Under the pieces are notes generated by a model. That model was not told the origin of the DNA. It saw only the letters and a list, made by a program, of their open reading frames with translations, and did not search any database. DNA of 64,000 nucleotides from contig CDPCPM010000010.1 of assembly GCA_976551045.1 (NCBI GenBank), forward strand, positions 28,954,001 through 29,018,000. The letters are read 5' to 3'. The stretch's first letter is position 1. Each line of letters begins with the position of its first letter. The translations under genes and the position numbers were made by a program. Source of the DNA: Glaucostegus cemiculus (Eukaryota). Positions 1-12,052 of the stretch are shown here, piece by piece.

Positions 1-38
1 TTTCCAGTACTCTATCCCTTTATGGTGACACACCAGAA

Positions 39-657
39 CCTTAATGACTAATGCCCGGTGGCTCTGACATCCACCATCTTGAAGTGCTTTGAGAGGCTGG
101 TCATGGCAGGCATTAACTCCAACCTTCCAGCAAACCTTGCTGCAGTGCAATTCACCTACTGCCGAAACAGGCCTACAGCAGACACCACCTCCCTGGCCCT
201 ACACTCATCTCTGGAGCATCTGGACAGTAAAGACACCTACGTTAGGTTATTGTTTATTGACTACAGCTCCACCTTCAATACTATAATTTCAAGCAAACTC
301 ATCTCCCAACTGCTCGAACTGGGACTCAACACCCCACTCTGCAACTGGATCCTTGACTTCCTGACCAACAGACCACAATCAGTAAGGATAGGCAGCAACA
401 CCTCTGGCACGATTATCCTCAACACTGGTGTCCCACAAAGCTGCATCCTCAGGCACCTATTCTAGTCCCTATACACCCATGACTGTGTGGCCAGATTATG
501 CTCAAACTCCATCTACAAGTTTGCTGATGATACTATCATAGTGGGCCATATCTCAAATAACGATGAAACGGAGTACCAGAAGGAGATAGAGAACTTAGTA
601 ACATGGTATCGTGACAACAACCTTTCCCTCAGTGTCAGCAAAACAAAAGAGCTGGTT
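39..657 (+). mobile_element. Rex1/Babar-like LINE, reverse transcriptase region, left part (decayed)
   Basis: Translates to [46 protein letters not shown], with frame disruptions. It resumes after the CR1 insert as IDFRKG. Confidence 0.85.
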
Positions 658-3500
658 CACAAGATCACAAGATCACAAGATAATGGAGCAGAAGCAGGCC
701 AGTCGGCCCATCGAGTCTGCTCCAAAGGGAAGGGAGGGTGGGGAAAAAAAAGAGGATAAGGAAAAAAAAACAAAACCTACTATTCTAAGTCCAAATCCCT
801 GCCTTATCTCCATATCCCTTGATACCTTGACCAATTAGATATCTATCTATTTCCTTCTTGAATATCCCTAATGATCTGGCTTCCACTGCTTTCTGTGGTA
901 AGGAGTTCCACAGGTTCACCACCCTCTGGCTAAAGAAATTCCTCCTTATCTCTGTTTTGAACCTGCTTCCTCTAATTCTAAGTTTGTGTCCTCTAGTCCT
1001 GGATTCCCCCACCAAGGGAAACAGCTTGACCACTTTCACTTGGTCCATTCCTTTCAACATCTTGTACGTTTCTATTAGGTCCCCTCTCATTCTTCTGTAC
1101 TCCAACGAGTACAGTCCAAGTGACGACAGTCGCTCATCATATGTAAACTTTTTCATCCCAGGAATCATCCTAGTAAATCTCCTCTGAACCCTCTCCAACA
1201 TCAGCACATCCTTCCTAAGGTATGGGGCCCAAAACTGCACACAGTACTCCAAGTGAGGCCTCACCAGTGCCCCGTATAGCCTCATCAACACTTCCTTGCG
1301 TTTATATTCTATACCCCTCGAAATAAATGCCAACATAGCATTCGCTTTCCTTACTGCCGATCCAACCTGGCGGTTAACCTTTAGGTTATCCTGTACGAGC
1401 ACCCCTAAGTCCCTTTGTACTTCTGTGCTTCCAATTTTATCTCCTTCTAGATAATAGTCTGCCCTTCCATTTCTACTTCCGAAGTGTACAACTGCACATT
1501 TTTCCAAGTTGAACCTCATCTGCCATTTCTTCGCCCATTCTCCTAGAATATCCAAGTCTCTCTGTAACTTTCCTGTCTCCTCAATACTCTCCACTCCCCC
1601 CCCAATCTTAGTGTCATCTGCAAACTTGGCCACAAACCCATTAACTCCTTCGTCTAAATCATTAATATACAAGGTAAAAAGAAGGGGCCCCAACACCGAC
1701 CCCTGCGGAACACCACTAGTAACCGGCAGCCAACCAGAACACGATCCTTTTATTCCCACCCTCTGTTTCCTGCCATCCAGCCAACTCTCCACCCATTCTG
1801 TTATCCTGCCAGTTATTCCGTGATCTCTCATCTTACTAATTAGTCTTTTGTGCGGCACCTTGTCGAATGCCTTCTGAAAGTCTAAATACACTACATCTAC
1901 GGCCTCTCCCTTGTCCACCCTGCCTGAGATTTCTTCAAAAAACTCCAATAAATTGGTCAGGCAGGATCTTCCCTTCACGAACCCATGTTGACTAGGACCT
2001 ATCTTGCCTTGCACCTCCATGTATCCCATCACCTCATCCTTGAGGATCGATTCTAGTATCTTCCCCACCACAGATGTAAGACTGATAGGTCTGTAATTTC
2101 CTTTGTGCTGTCTCCCACCTTTCTTATACAATGGAACTACATTCGCGACCCTCCAGTCCTCCGGCACCTCTCCAGCGTCTATCGATTCCTGAAAAATTAT
2201 CACTAATGCCTCCACTATTTCTAGAGCTACTTCCTTCAGTACACGGGGATGTATCTCATCTGGTCCCGGAGACTTATCAGTCTTTAACCCATTTAGCTTC
2301 CCCAACACTTTCTCTCTCGTAACCTTAACTGTCCTTAATTCCGTCCCTCGAGACCCTTGACTAACCGGTATATTGTTAATATCTTCTACTGTGAAGACCG
2401 ATGCAAAATACTGATTTAGCACCTCCGCCATCTCTTTATCATCCATAATAATCTCTCCCGCCTCATTTTCTATCGGTCCTATATCAACCCGCGTCTCTCT
2501 TTTGCTCCTTATATATTTTAAAAAACTCTTAGTATCCTTTTGAATGTTTTCTGCCAATTTCATTTCATAATTTCTCTTTTCTTTTCTAATGACCTTCTTA
2601 GTTTCTTTCTGTAGGTTCTTAAAAGTTTCCCAGTCTTCTGTTTTTCCGCTTTTTCTTGCTACCTTATATGCCCTCCCTTTTGCTCTTATTTTAGCTTTCA
2701 CCTCTCTCGTTATCCACATTTGTGCCCTTTTTCCATTTAAAACCTTCTTTTTTCTTGGAATGTGTCTGTCCTGCATTTTCTTTATTACTTGTTTAAATTC
2801 CACCCATTTATGTTCTGCCGTCCCTCCAGCAAGCTTATATTTCCAATCAATCTGGGCCAACTCTTCTCTCATCCTTCTGTAATTCCCCTTGTTCCACTGA
2901 AATGTCGACACTCCAGTCATCAGCTTCTCCTTTTCAAATTTCATTCTGAACTCAATCATATTATGGTCACTAGTTCCTAATGGTTCCTTTACCCTTAGTT
3001 CTCTAATCACCTCCGGTTCATTACACAACACCCAATCCAAAACAGCCGATCCCCTGGTGGGCTCATCAACAAGTTGTTCCAAAAAGCCATCCCGTAAACA
3101 TTCAACAAACTCGCTCTCCTGAGAATTGCTGCCTTGCTGGGTTTCCCAGTCCACCTTCATGTTAAAGTCACCCATAATTATTTTAATATTGTCACCCTGA
3201 CCTGCCTTTTCTATCTCTAACCACAACTTATGGTCTACCTCCTGATTGCTATTAGGGGGCCTATATACAACAGCTACAACTGTCCTCTTACTCGTGCTAT
3301 TCCTTAGCTCCACCCATAAAGTTTCCACTTCATCTGACCTAATGTCCTTCCTTTCTATTGATTTTATCTCATTACTAACCATCATGGCCACACCACCCCC
3401 TCTACCTTCCTGCCTATCCTTCCCATACACTGTGTACCCCTGGACATTGAGCTCCCAGTCACATCCATCATGCAGCCACGACTCAGTGATTGCCACAATG
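658..3500 (-). mobile_element. Young 5'-truncated CR1 (HER1-like) LINE inserted into the Rex1-like element
   Basis: Uninterrupted ORF2, a 3' stem-loop (GGAGCAGA...TCTGCTCC), an (ATCTTGTG)x3 tail at 658-681, and TGGTT on both flanks (653-657, 3501-3505). Confidence 0.95.
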
Positions 3501-3535
3501 TGGTTATTGACTTCAGGAAGGGGAATGGTGCACAT
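785..3535 (-). CDS. CR1 ORF2 (APE endonuclease + reverse transcriptase), 916 aa; first ~12 codons come from flanking antisense Rex1 DNA
   Basis: Endonuclease motifs AITESW, YRPP, MGDFN, SDH. RT motifs LDFQKAFDKV, SGVPQGSVLGP, KFADD. CR1 C-terminal motifs TRGH and FFSQRVVNLWNSLP. No stops. Confidence 0.92.
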   Translation of the reverse strand: MCTIPLPEVNNHIVAITESWLHDGCDWELNVQGYTVYGKDRQEGRGGGVAMMVSNEIKSIERKDIRSDEVETLWVELRNSTSKRTVVAVVYRPPNSNQEVDHKLWLEIEKAGQGDNIKIIMGDFNMKVDWETQQGSNSQESEFVECLRDGFLEQLVDEPTRGSAVLDWVLCNEPEVIRELRVKEPLGTSDHNMIEFRMKFEKEKLMTGVSTFQWNKGNYRRMREELAQIDWKYKLAGGTAEHKWVEFKQVIKKMQDRHIPRKKKVLNGKRAQMWITREVKAKIRAKGRAYKVARKSGKTEDWETFKNLQKETKKVIRKEKRNYEMKLAENIQKDTKSFLKYIRSKRETRVDIGPIENEAGEIIMDDKEMAEVLNQYFASVFTVEDINNIPVSQGSRGTELRTVKVTREKVLGKLNGLKTDKSPGPDEIHPRVLKEVALEIVEALVIIFQESIDAGEVPEDWRVANVVPLYKKGGRQHKGNYRPISLTSVVGKILESILKDEVMGYMEVQGKIGPSQHGFVKGRSCLTNLLEFFEEISGRVDKGEAVDVVYLDFQKAFDKVPHKRLISKMRDHGITGRITEWVESWLDGRKQRVGIKGSCSGWLPVTSGVPQGSVLGPLLFTLYINDLDEGVNGFVAKFADDTKIGGGVESIEETGKLQRDLDILGEWAKKWQMRFNLEKCAVVHFGSRNGRADYYLEGDKIGSTEVQRDLGVLVQDNLKVNRQVGSAVRKANAMLAFISRGIEYKRKEVLMRLYGALVRPHLEYCVQFWAPYLRKDVLMLERVQRRFTRMIPGMKKFTYDERLSSLGLYSLEYRRMRGDLIETYKMLKGMDQVKVVKLFPLVGESRTRGHKLRIRGSRFKTEIRRNFFSQRVVNLWNSLPQKAVEARSLGIFKKEIDRYLIGQGIKGYGDKAGIWT

Positions 3536-4022
3536 GCTTCTCTTTACGTCAATAGTGCTGAGATTAAGGGGGTTGAGAGCTTCAAGTTTCTAGGAGTGAA
3601 CATCATCAATAGCCTGTCCTGGTCCAATCACTTAGATGCCATAGCAAAGAAAGCTCACCAGCGCCTCTACTTCCCCAGGAGGCTAAAAAAAATTGGCATG
3701 TCCCTTTTGACCCTCACCAGTTTTTATCGATGCACCATAGAAAGCAGCCTATCCAGATGCGTCACGGCTTAGTATGGCAACTGCTCTGCCTGTGACCATA
3801 AGAAACTGCAGAGAGTTGTGGACACATCTTAGCACATCACAGAAACCAGCCTCCTCTCCATGGACTCTGTCTACACTTCTCGCTGCCTCGGTGAAGCTGC
3901 CAAAATAGTTATAGATCCCACCAACCCCTGACATTCTCTCTTCTCTCCCCTCCCATTGGCAGAGGATACAAAGTCTGAAAGTATGTACCACTAGGCTCAA
4001 GGACAGTTTCTGTCCTGCTGTT
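3501..4022 (+). mobile_element. Rex1/Babar-like LINE, right part (RT C-terminus)
   Basis: VIDFRKG...VESFKFLGV...KKAHQRLYF.RRLKK...FYRCTIES continues the reading frame broken at 657. Confidence 0.85.
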
Positions 4023-4382
4023 ATATAAAATTATGAGAGGCATAGATAGGGTAGGCAGTCGTAATCTATTGCACCACAGTGGACATGCCAAATGTTAGAG
4101 GGCATAGGTTTAAGGTGAGAGGGGAAAAGTTTAAAGGAGATTTGCAGGGCATGTTTTTACACACAGAGAGTGGTGGGTGCCTGGAACACGCTGCCAGGGA
4201 ATGTGGTGGGAGCAGATGCTTCAGCAATGTTTAAAGGGCCCTTAGGCAGACACAGAAATAGGCAGTGAATAGATGGATATGGACCACGTGCAGGCAGATG
4301 GGAATAGTTTAGACTGGCATCATGGTTGGCACAGACATATTGGGTGAAGGCCTGTTCCTGTGCTGTACTGTTCTATGTTCTA
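4023..4382 (+). mobile_element. CR1/HER1-type 3' fragment
   Basis: AAAATTATGAGAGGCATAGATAGGGTAG...GAAGGCCTGTTCCTGTGCTGTACTGTTCTATGTTCTA; closely similar to 40410-40755 and 63820-64000. Confidence 0.85.
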
Positions 4383-5424
4383 AGATTACATGGTTTCACT
4401 GATGATATACATAAGGTTCAGTGTAACTTGTTTTGAGAATGTCAAATACTCTTGATATACATGCTACAGTTTGATTAGCTCTGCTGGTGATAGACAGATA
4501 AATGATATTGGCTAGCTAGTTTCTGGGGAAATTCATAATTTTATTTTCCTTACATCAAGGGAGTGAGCCATCCTACTGAATATTGAATGGTATAAGTCAG
4601 GTGTAAATGTTGGTAGTAACTGTCACATTATGTGTCTAAGTGTGTCAGAGCAAAAACTTTGCACCCCAGTGAGAGAGCAATGATGGAAGCCAATAGTAGT
4701 TGAGTTATTGCAATGATCATCAGGGAATTAATTTTATTAAACACTAGCAGGACAAGAAATGAGACCCATTAATTTTTCTTAACTGTGGGATTACAGTGTG
4801 GACTAGAGAGATGATTTATTACAGTGGGCTGTTAATTACTGAAAATTTTGCAGTGGTGATCACAGGAATTGGTAGAAAAAGAATGGATGCAGTGGAAAAT
4901 TATTAGTTGATTAAAGAAAGTAATTCATTAATTTGTGGAGGTGTTGAGGGCAGTTGTCATGGGGGCAGTGCTCCAAGTAAATGGCCTGAGCTAATCATAA
5001 TTAGTACTGAGAGATAGTGGAATTATTACACTGATGGCACCATGCCAATCATTTCAATTCATCAGGTCAAACCCCAACCAATCATGAACCAACTTGCCAT
5101 GTGATGTTTTAATTGAGAAAGATGAGTACTTTTATTATGACTAACTCATATTTTACTGTTCAGTATTATTGGCTCAACATTATTCTCTAAATAAGTATTG
5201 CTAACTAGAAGCACCAGCCACGATAAACTTAGTGTGATGTGTAGTGTTTGCTGGCCTCAAGCACTTAAAATGAAGTAAGCAATTAACTATTCTGCTATTA
5301 TCTTTGGTTCAATGAATTTGATGGTGAAGATTTGTTTCAGATTTTATTGTTCCAATCAAATAGAGCTTAGGCATTTCATTTGAATTTTGTAAACAATGCA
5401 AAATTATTTTGTGCTTCTCTTCAG

Positions 5425-5507
5425 GTTAACTCTGAGCCTTGCTTGTCCTATGGATTTAAAGAATTTTCCAATGGATGTGCAGACATGTATAATGCAACTT
5501 GAAAGCT
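5425..5507 (+). CDS. glra1: Glycine receptor alpha-1, Cys-loop exon (83 bp; human exon 5 equivalent)
   Basis: ttcag| ...[27 protein letters not shown]... |gtgagt. Cys-loop signature; phase joins the next exon. Confidence 0.96.
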
Positions 5508-5716
5508 GTGAGTATCTATTTATTTTGTCATGCTTACTCAATATTAATCATTTGAGTATTATCAACCTCCTATAGTCTTAATGTCAAATGAAAATTAAGT
5601 TTATCATCTTGGTACATTTGCATTTGACAAAATCCCTTGGAGTCCAGTAACACAATGGCCAATTTCCTACTCCATTTGAAGTCTTAGCTGGTTATTCTGC
5701 TCTTTTTGTTTTTCAG

Positions 5717-5854
5717 TTGGATACACTATGAATGATCTGATATTTGAATGGGATGAATCCGCTGCCGTACAGGTAGCTGATGGACTAACTTTGCCACAGT
5801 TTATTCTTCAAGAGGAAAAGGACCTAAGATACTGCACGAAGCACTACAACACAG
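5717..5854 (+). CDS. glra1: Glycine receptor alpha-1 exon (138 bp; loops B/F/C)
   Basis: tttcag| [46 protein letters not shown](G) |gtcagt. AVQVADG is alpha1-type (alpha2/3 have PVQVAEG). Confidence 0.96.
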
Positions 5855-7802
5855 GTCAGTGTTGTAATTAGTTCCATAGTCATTGTGATGCTGGTGCAAG
5901 TCATTTTTCACAGCACATGTTGCAAATAGTTCCATCGCCACGATAGTACTTGTACAAGGCATCGCAGTGTACATCAAAAGTTTGTTTAAAGTTGCCTTCA
6001 CAACAAGAAAACATTTACCCTTGTGTGTTCAGTAAGGTTTACTTTTTAAATTAATGTGTTGATGCCATTCTCTGTTGTTATCTGTATTTTTATACCTCAC
6101 TGATTGTTTTCCCATTGCACCATTGTAACTTACCCATGAGACATGCAATTTAAAAACAGGTCAGGAATTTAACCATAATTATTATTCTACAATATTTGAG
6201 TGGAACATTTTCTAGCCATTATATTATTCTCTATCATGGTATTTCTGCTGATTGAGAGTTTATCTGCTTGCCACGTGTTGTTTAGATTTCTACAATCCCC
6301 ATTTGTTCTGGAACTTGCTAATCAAGTGTCAAATTTTCTCACATGAAGTTAATTATGTGGTATTCAGCATATCTCATCTGCATTTGCTGTATGTACTAAA
6401 GTGATTTCTTTGGAGATTAAATAAATATGGTGTCTATAATACCACACCATATATCTTTATATGTATCTTTATATGACATATCTTCATATGTCTTATATGT
6501 ACACACTTATAACAAAGCCCAGCCTTGACATCTTGCATGTTTTTTTGAAATCTTTTCCTTTAAGGGTATTGAAACTCTTATAAATCTCTCAAGATAGGAA
6601 AATGAAAGAATAGCGTACTGAGTTTTAAGACCAAGGAATAATTTCACAATCTTCACTTCTGACATGGAGACATTTTTACTGGTGAAAGTACATCAACAAA
6701 TCAGGGGTAGAGTGTCATACCTGCAACTCCAATGCCACATTCACTATTAATACAGCAACACATCGAGAGTACCAACCTCACAAAGTACCTCTCTTGATCT
6801 GATCTCTCACAGCCAAAAAACAAGGATAGTATCAAATGGTGATGCTATGGTTGTCAGGAATAATAATTGCATGATTCTTTTAAATTGATATTCGGTTTTC
6901 CTCTTGTTTCCAGCTAGCTGTTCATAGAATGCAGGGTGTTTCATTTAAAGATGAATAATCCATGTTTACGCACCATCATGAGTATGTATAATAATCATGA
7001 AATACTTAGCCTCAATGGTGAAAATCTGGTTTATAATCATAGTAGGACACTTTGTCTCTGTCCAATGAAGCTGACACTTTGACTACATTCTGAAGCATTC
7101 TGGATAAGGCATTGTTAAACTAAACCTATCAGTTAAAAGCATACAAATGACATCTTTAGAGGGGAGAATGAAAACATCATTCTGTAATAAATAAGTGAAC
7201 AGTATGCTGTGCTTAGCCATAATAATCCACATGCAAGATTACAGGCAAGTGAATAATGGACCGTGTTGACTTAAAGAGTTTGTTTTCCTTCTTGCTATTG
7301 GTACAGGCTTTGGCTGTTGGAAATAATTGTTTTAAGTTTGGGTAGGCGACTGTCCATTGTTGTTCAAAATTTGCAAGAAGTACAGCTTCTTGAAGATGTG
7401 CTGCTGATGGGCAAGGAAAACAAAGTGAGAAAAATATCCCTTGAAAAGCCAATTAAAGATGCTCATACTGGCCCCTCAAAATATCTGTGCTATTTCCCTG
7501 CTCCTTCCCTGGGGCCCAGCAAACCTTATTATTTCTGGTGTCTGCACAGTTCCCTTTTTGAATATGCTTTCAGACACTGAATTCCAGATCACCTAACAAC
7601 CTAAATAAATTCATCTTCCCTTTCCCTTTTGTTCCATTTGCCAATTAGATTGAATAGGTGTCCACTGGCTATTGACCTCCCCTTGCCTGTGGAGACTGCT
7701 TCTGTGGAATACAATGAACGTTCCTTGAAAAGGTGTAGATTTTGTTTTGGGGACATAACAGTTATTATAATATCTTAACTAATCTAAATAACAGCTCTGT
7801 AA

Positions 7803-8105
<303 letters not shown>

Positions 8106-9060
8106 TAAGAGGTCAAAGCAGCAGCATAATCAAGAATTCTTTTTTTATGTAATTTGGCGTTTTGTGTAACAATGCTGCGGGTAAATGATAGTGTACTAAG
8201 TAATAAAGATATTTCCATAAATTATCAAGAACTTCAGAAGGAATCTAACAAAACTTTGCAATGTGAGGCTGTTAAAAAAAGGTTATGGAAACTGAAGTCA
8301 CGAGCACCTGGAAAAGGATGTTGGGAGCAAAATGTGCATATAACACAAACCACTAATTGCAATGCAGCTAGCACAATAACTTGGTGCTTTCGGCTCATTT
8401 CATTGACTTTGGTGGCAACAACAGCTACCTCACTTTTTGGCTGGACAGGCCCAGATGAAGGTCTGTTGCATCTGGACTAAGTGCTACCTGCCCCTGTGGA
8501 AGTGAATCTGATCAGGTATACAATGAAGAATTTTACAATGTGGAAGAGAGCACAGGCTCCAAGGATTTCAGATGCTTCATTGGATCTTTTTGGAAGAGCT
8601 GATTTCTTAGTGCAGCCTACTACACTATTTGTCACTTCTTCAAACAACAACCTTTCTCTATGAAAAGCTGCCATCACAGCATTTATAGGTGGAGTTCTAC
8701 AGTATCTTTATGCACCTACTGCTACTACAAGCCTCACACCCATGTCTCACCTTTGCACGCATTGCCTTATGTTCAGCTATGCCAGCCATGTTACCCTAAA
8801 ACATGACACAATATTCACAATACACATCTCCCTCTCAGGTGGCAGCATGACAACTGATGGCAGCAGTGACAAACTGAAGGGGCAAGTGCACCAAAAAGTC
8901 TTAATGCCTTTCTATAATCCCCTAGAGAAGACACTGTTGGCTGCTGAGTCAATGACCAGCAGTGGAGCTGAAAACTTCAAAGATGATGGCATCTACATCA
9001 CTAATCCTCCTCCTCTCTCAACCCACACCCTCTTACAGCTCTCAGATGATACAAGCATGT

Positions 9061-9264
9061 NNNNNNNNNNNNNNNNNNNNNNNNNNNNNNNNNNNNNNNN
9101 NNNNNNNNNNNNNNNNNNNNNNNNNNNNNNNNNNNNNNNNNNNNNNNNNNNNNNNNNNNNNNNNNNNNNNNNNNNNNNNNNNNNNNNNNNNNNNNNNNNN
9201 NNNNNNNNNNNNNNNNNNNNNNNNNNNNNNNNNNNNNNNNNNNNNNNNNNNNNNNNNNNNNNNN
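9061..9264. other. Assembly gap (204 N)
   Basis: Run of N. Confidence 1.
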
Positions 9265-10099
9265 TGACTCTTATCCTTCTTCGATTTCTAACATCCAGTA
9301 GTACAATCTGTCTATTACTGGCACTGCATATAATTTAGAGGGTACCATTGATTTGGAGTCTGTGCATGGCAAGACATCAGATAGAGTGGACTGCAGGTAA
9401 TTCAGAGGACGAGGATAACCCAAGTGACAAATGAACAAAGAGCAAAGTCATTCACAAGTTCTACTGGAAAGGACTCCATTAATGGGACCACAGCAGATGA
9501 TGGGAACTTATGCAAAATAAGGTGCATTGGGAAACCTACTAGAAAACTTCCATTCAACATCAAGGAAAAATAGCTCAGACCTTGCAACCCATCCTTCCCA
9601 GGACTGTACTGATGATCAACGTCATTCATATGCCTGTGGATCCATTCACAATATATCATTTAATAGCAGATTTGTAGTGTCAAGGACAGGGCAAACAGCA
9701 CCCGCCTGGGTTCTGAATGCTTCAGTGGAAGCTCAGTCTGTCATCATGCAAGTTCAGCCTGCTCCATCACAGTTGAGTATTATTGTGTTCAAAAGGACAC
9801 CACACCAGTCCAGTAATTGGCCCTCCAGCCGATAACTTGGATTTCTAAAGCATTGCACCAGTGGGGTCTGGAGAGGGGGAGAGAGTGCAGTGTCTTGTGG
9901 AGAGCAGTAACTGCTACTTAGAGCCAGAAACTGTTGTCCTCACTCAAGAGGACAGCATTCCTCCTGCCAACTCTACCACTCTCTCAGTGTCCTTGTCTTG
10001 GACACGAGCCCACCTACACTTGCTGGTATGATGGAGTTGTCAATTGAGCTTTCTAGACTCAGAGATGCCAACAGTTCCCTACCAAAAATAAAGGACACT

Positions 10100-10592
10100 T
10101 TTACCATGAAGGAAGTGCTGCAGAGATTCACTGGACTGGTTCCAGCATTGGTGGGTTTTCCATGTGAGGAGAGATTGAATAGACTGGGCCTCTCTAGAGT
10201 TTAGAAGACTGAGAGGAAATCTTATTAATTTTACAAAATTCTTACAGGCTGGATGCACGGAGAATATTTCCCTTGGTTGGGGAGTCTAGAACCAGGGGTC
10301 ACAAGCTCAGGATAAGAGGTTGATCACTTACAATGCAGTTAAGGAGAATTTATTTCATACAGAGGTTACTAAATTTTTGGAATTCTCCCTCCTGGAGGGC
10401 TGTGGGGGCTCTATCATTGAATTGATTCATAACAAGGATTGATAGATTTCTAGATATTGGGGAAATCATGGGGATAGGAAATTAATACTGCAAAATGACA
10501 TTGAGATAAGAGCTTGACAACGATCTTGATGAATAACAGAGAAGGTGAAAAGGGCCAAATGACCTACTTCTGTTCCTAATTTTTATTCTCTT
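10100..10592 (+). mobile_element. Old CR1 3' fragment
   Basis: EVLQRFTGLVP...EERLNRLGL, a degenerate TRGH region, and a 3' end GGGCCAAATGACCTACTTCTGTTCCTA. Confidence 0.85.
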
Positions 10593-10989
10593 AAGATTGT
10601 TCTACATAACCATCTGTATTCTCCTCAGAGTAAATGGCTTGTCACCATACATACCAGTCACTGGAGCAGCACTGCACTGGAACATTTGATCAAGCAAAGG
10701 CACACAGAACACAACCACTGTGCAAGGGTGATTAAATTACACTTGTATGCAACATGACATGATTTGTTTATAGGATTGTTTTGGAATATTTATTTTGCAG
10801 TGGCTTTTAATTTTGTATTGAATCATGGTGATCATTGACAATAGGTTATTGAATAATGACTTAGGATTATAGTCAGGTGAAGTCTGCACTGACTGCAAAG
10901 GGTGTTGCCCAAGTTACTTCCTTCCCCCTTGTTCATGCTCCATGTTCCCCTCCATCTTGTGCTCTTTTCCTCAGCTGAAGCATAGAACT

Positions 10990-11125
10990 GGCTGTCCCCT
11001 CATAACGATGAGGCTATGCACCTTCAGCAATCCAAAATGAATCTTGACATCTACTCGGCCAACTACAACAATGTTCCTGCAGAGCGATCCACGTAGTGGA
11101 AGCATCGTTTCAGTACATGAATGGT
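10990..11125 (-). pseudogene. Harbinger transposase remnant, C-terminal part
   Basis: Reverse translation TIHVLKRCFHYVDRSAGTLL*LAE*MSRFILDC / VHSLIVMRGQP resembles HARBI1-type TIGVLKxRFRCLDRSGGALQY...CCMLHN. Confidence 0.75.
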
Positions 11126-11264
11126 CTATCATATTTCATGCAACAGGGCAGGTTTTACAAATTGGAAGGAAGTTGTGCACTTCTGCATAGATTGCACTTT
11201 TTATTAGCAGAAAGTCCTTGTTTTGCATTAGCTATCTTATGACTATTGCGGTGGTTTAGTTGCA

Positions 11265-11710
11265 AACTCAGTAGATCAGGGTACATCTGTGGGAAGAGAA
11301 ACAGAGTCAATGTTTCAGGTGACTTGATTTCTTGATCTGTATCAGTTATCCATCTGTAATATTAGCTCAGCTTGGTTTTTCATTCTCTCCTGACTTGCTG
11401 GACTTGTCCTCCTGCCCTGAATTTCACAACTTCCATATTTTCTTTATGTTCTTATTCTCTAACTGCTCCTATTCACTTATTGACTGGATAACCTTGTTTA
11501 CCCCACGGTCACCCCAGTTTTGCTCTATCGGAGACATTCTCCATCTGCAGCTTCACAGGCTTCGTTTGTCTCCTTTTCAGTTTGGATGCAGGGTCTTCTA
11601 CCTGAAATGCTAGCGTTGTTTCTCCTTCCATGTATGTGGCCTGATCAGATGAGTATTTTCTGGTTTTGTTTTAGATTTCTAGCATCTGCAGGTTTTTTTT
11701 TATCTTCTTT
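11265..11710. mobile_element. Penelope-like non-autonomous element with inverted ends (decayed)
   Basis: Starts with ...CATCTGTGGGAAGAGAAACAGAGTCAATGTTTCAGGT and ends with its approximate reverse complement plus AGATTTCTAGCATCTGCAG; same family as 46146-46762. Confidence 0.6.
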
Positions 11711-11742
11711 CAGCCTGTTGGCCTCAGGTAGGAGAGAATGAA

Positions 11743-12052
11743 ATGCAAATACCTCTTTGAATAGAGAAACCTAGTGATCTCACTTATGCAGCAGTTGATG
11801 GTAAATTGCAAAATGTTGCAATGGTCTCCAGCCCAAGCCTGAATGAGCTAAAGGTATTAATGTCCATCACCATGGTCACCCTGAACAGCACTGGCAATGT
11901 GACCCTTGCCCTGCTGTGAGATTGCAGTTATGGCTGAAGAATGTGGCAGACTTTGCTGATTGAAGAGCCAACATAGCACGTGTTATTGTTCACTGGGTTT
12001 AGAGAACAGTATTGGTCTCTGAATGCCCTGGGCAGTTCGGGCCTCTTGCTAT
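11743..12052 (-). pseudogene. Harbinger transposase remnant, N-terminal part
   Basis: KRPELPRAFRDQY...VCHILQP*LQSHSRARVTLPVLFRVTMVMDINTFSSF / AGDHCNILQFTINCCISEITRFLYSKR resembles the HARBI1-type N-terminus (..ALNFYASGSFQ..GD.C.ISQ..VH.CI..VT.AL). Confidence 0.75.

Noticed and set aside
858-3593. Several + strand ORFs over the CR1
   Set aside because: Antisense shadows of ORF2.
5755-5775. Equivalent of the GlyR alpha2/alpha3 Pro-to-Leu C-to-U editing site
   Set aside because: The position encodes Ala (SAAVQ), as expected for alpha1; this also argues against calling the gene glra2, glra3 or glra4.
6445-6505. Short TATCTTTATATG tandem (also the AAAGATGAAAGTCAC duplication near 29414-29451)
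   Set aside because: Ordinary slippage duplications with no further structure.
8742-9338. 198-aa and 101-aa ORFs
   Set aside because: Their length is an artefact of reading through the N gap.
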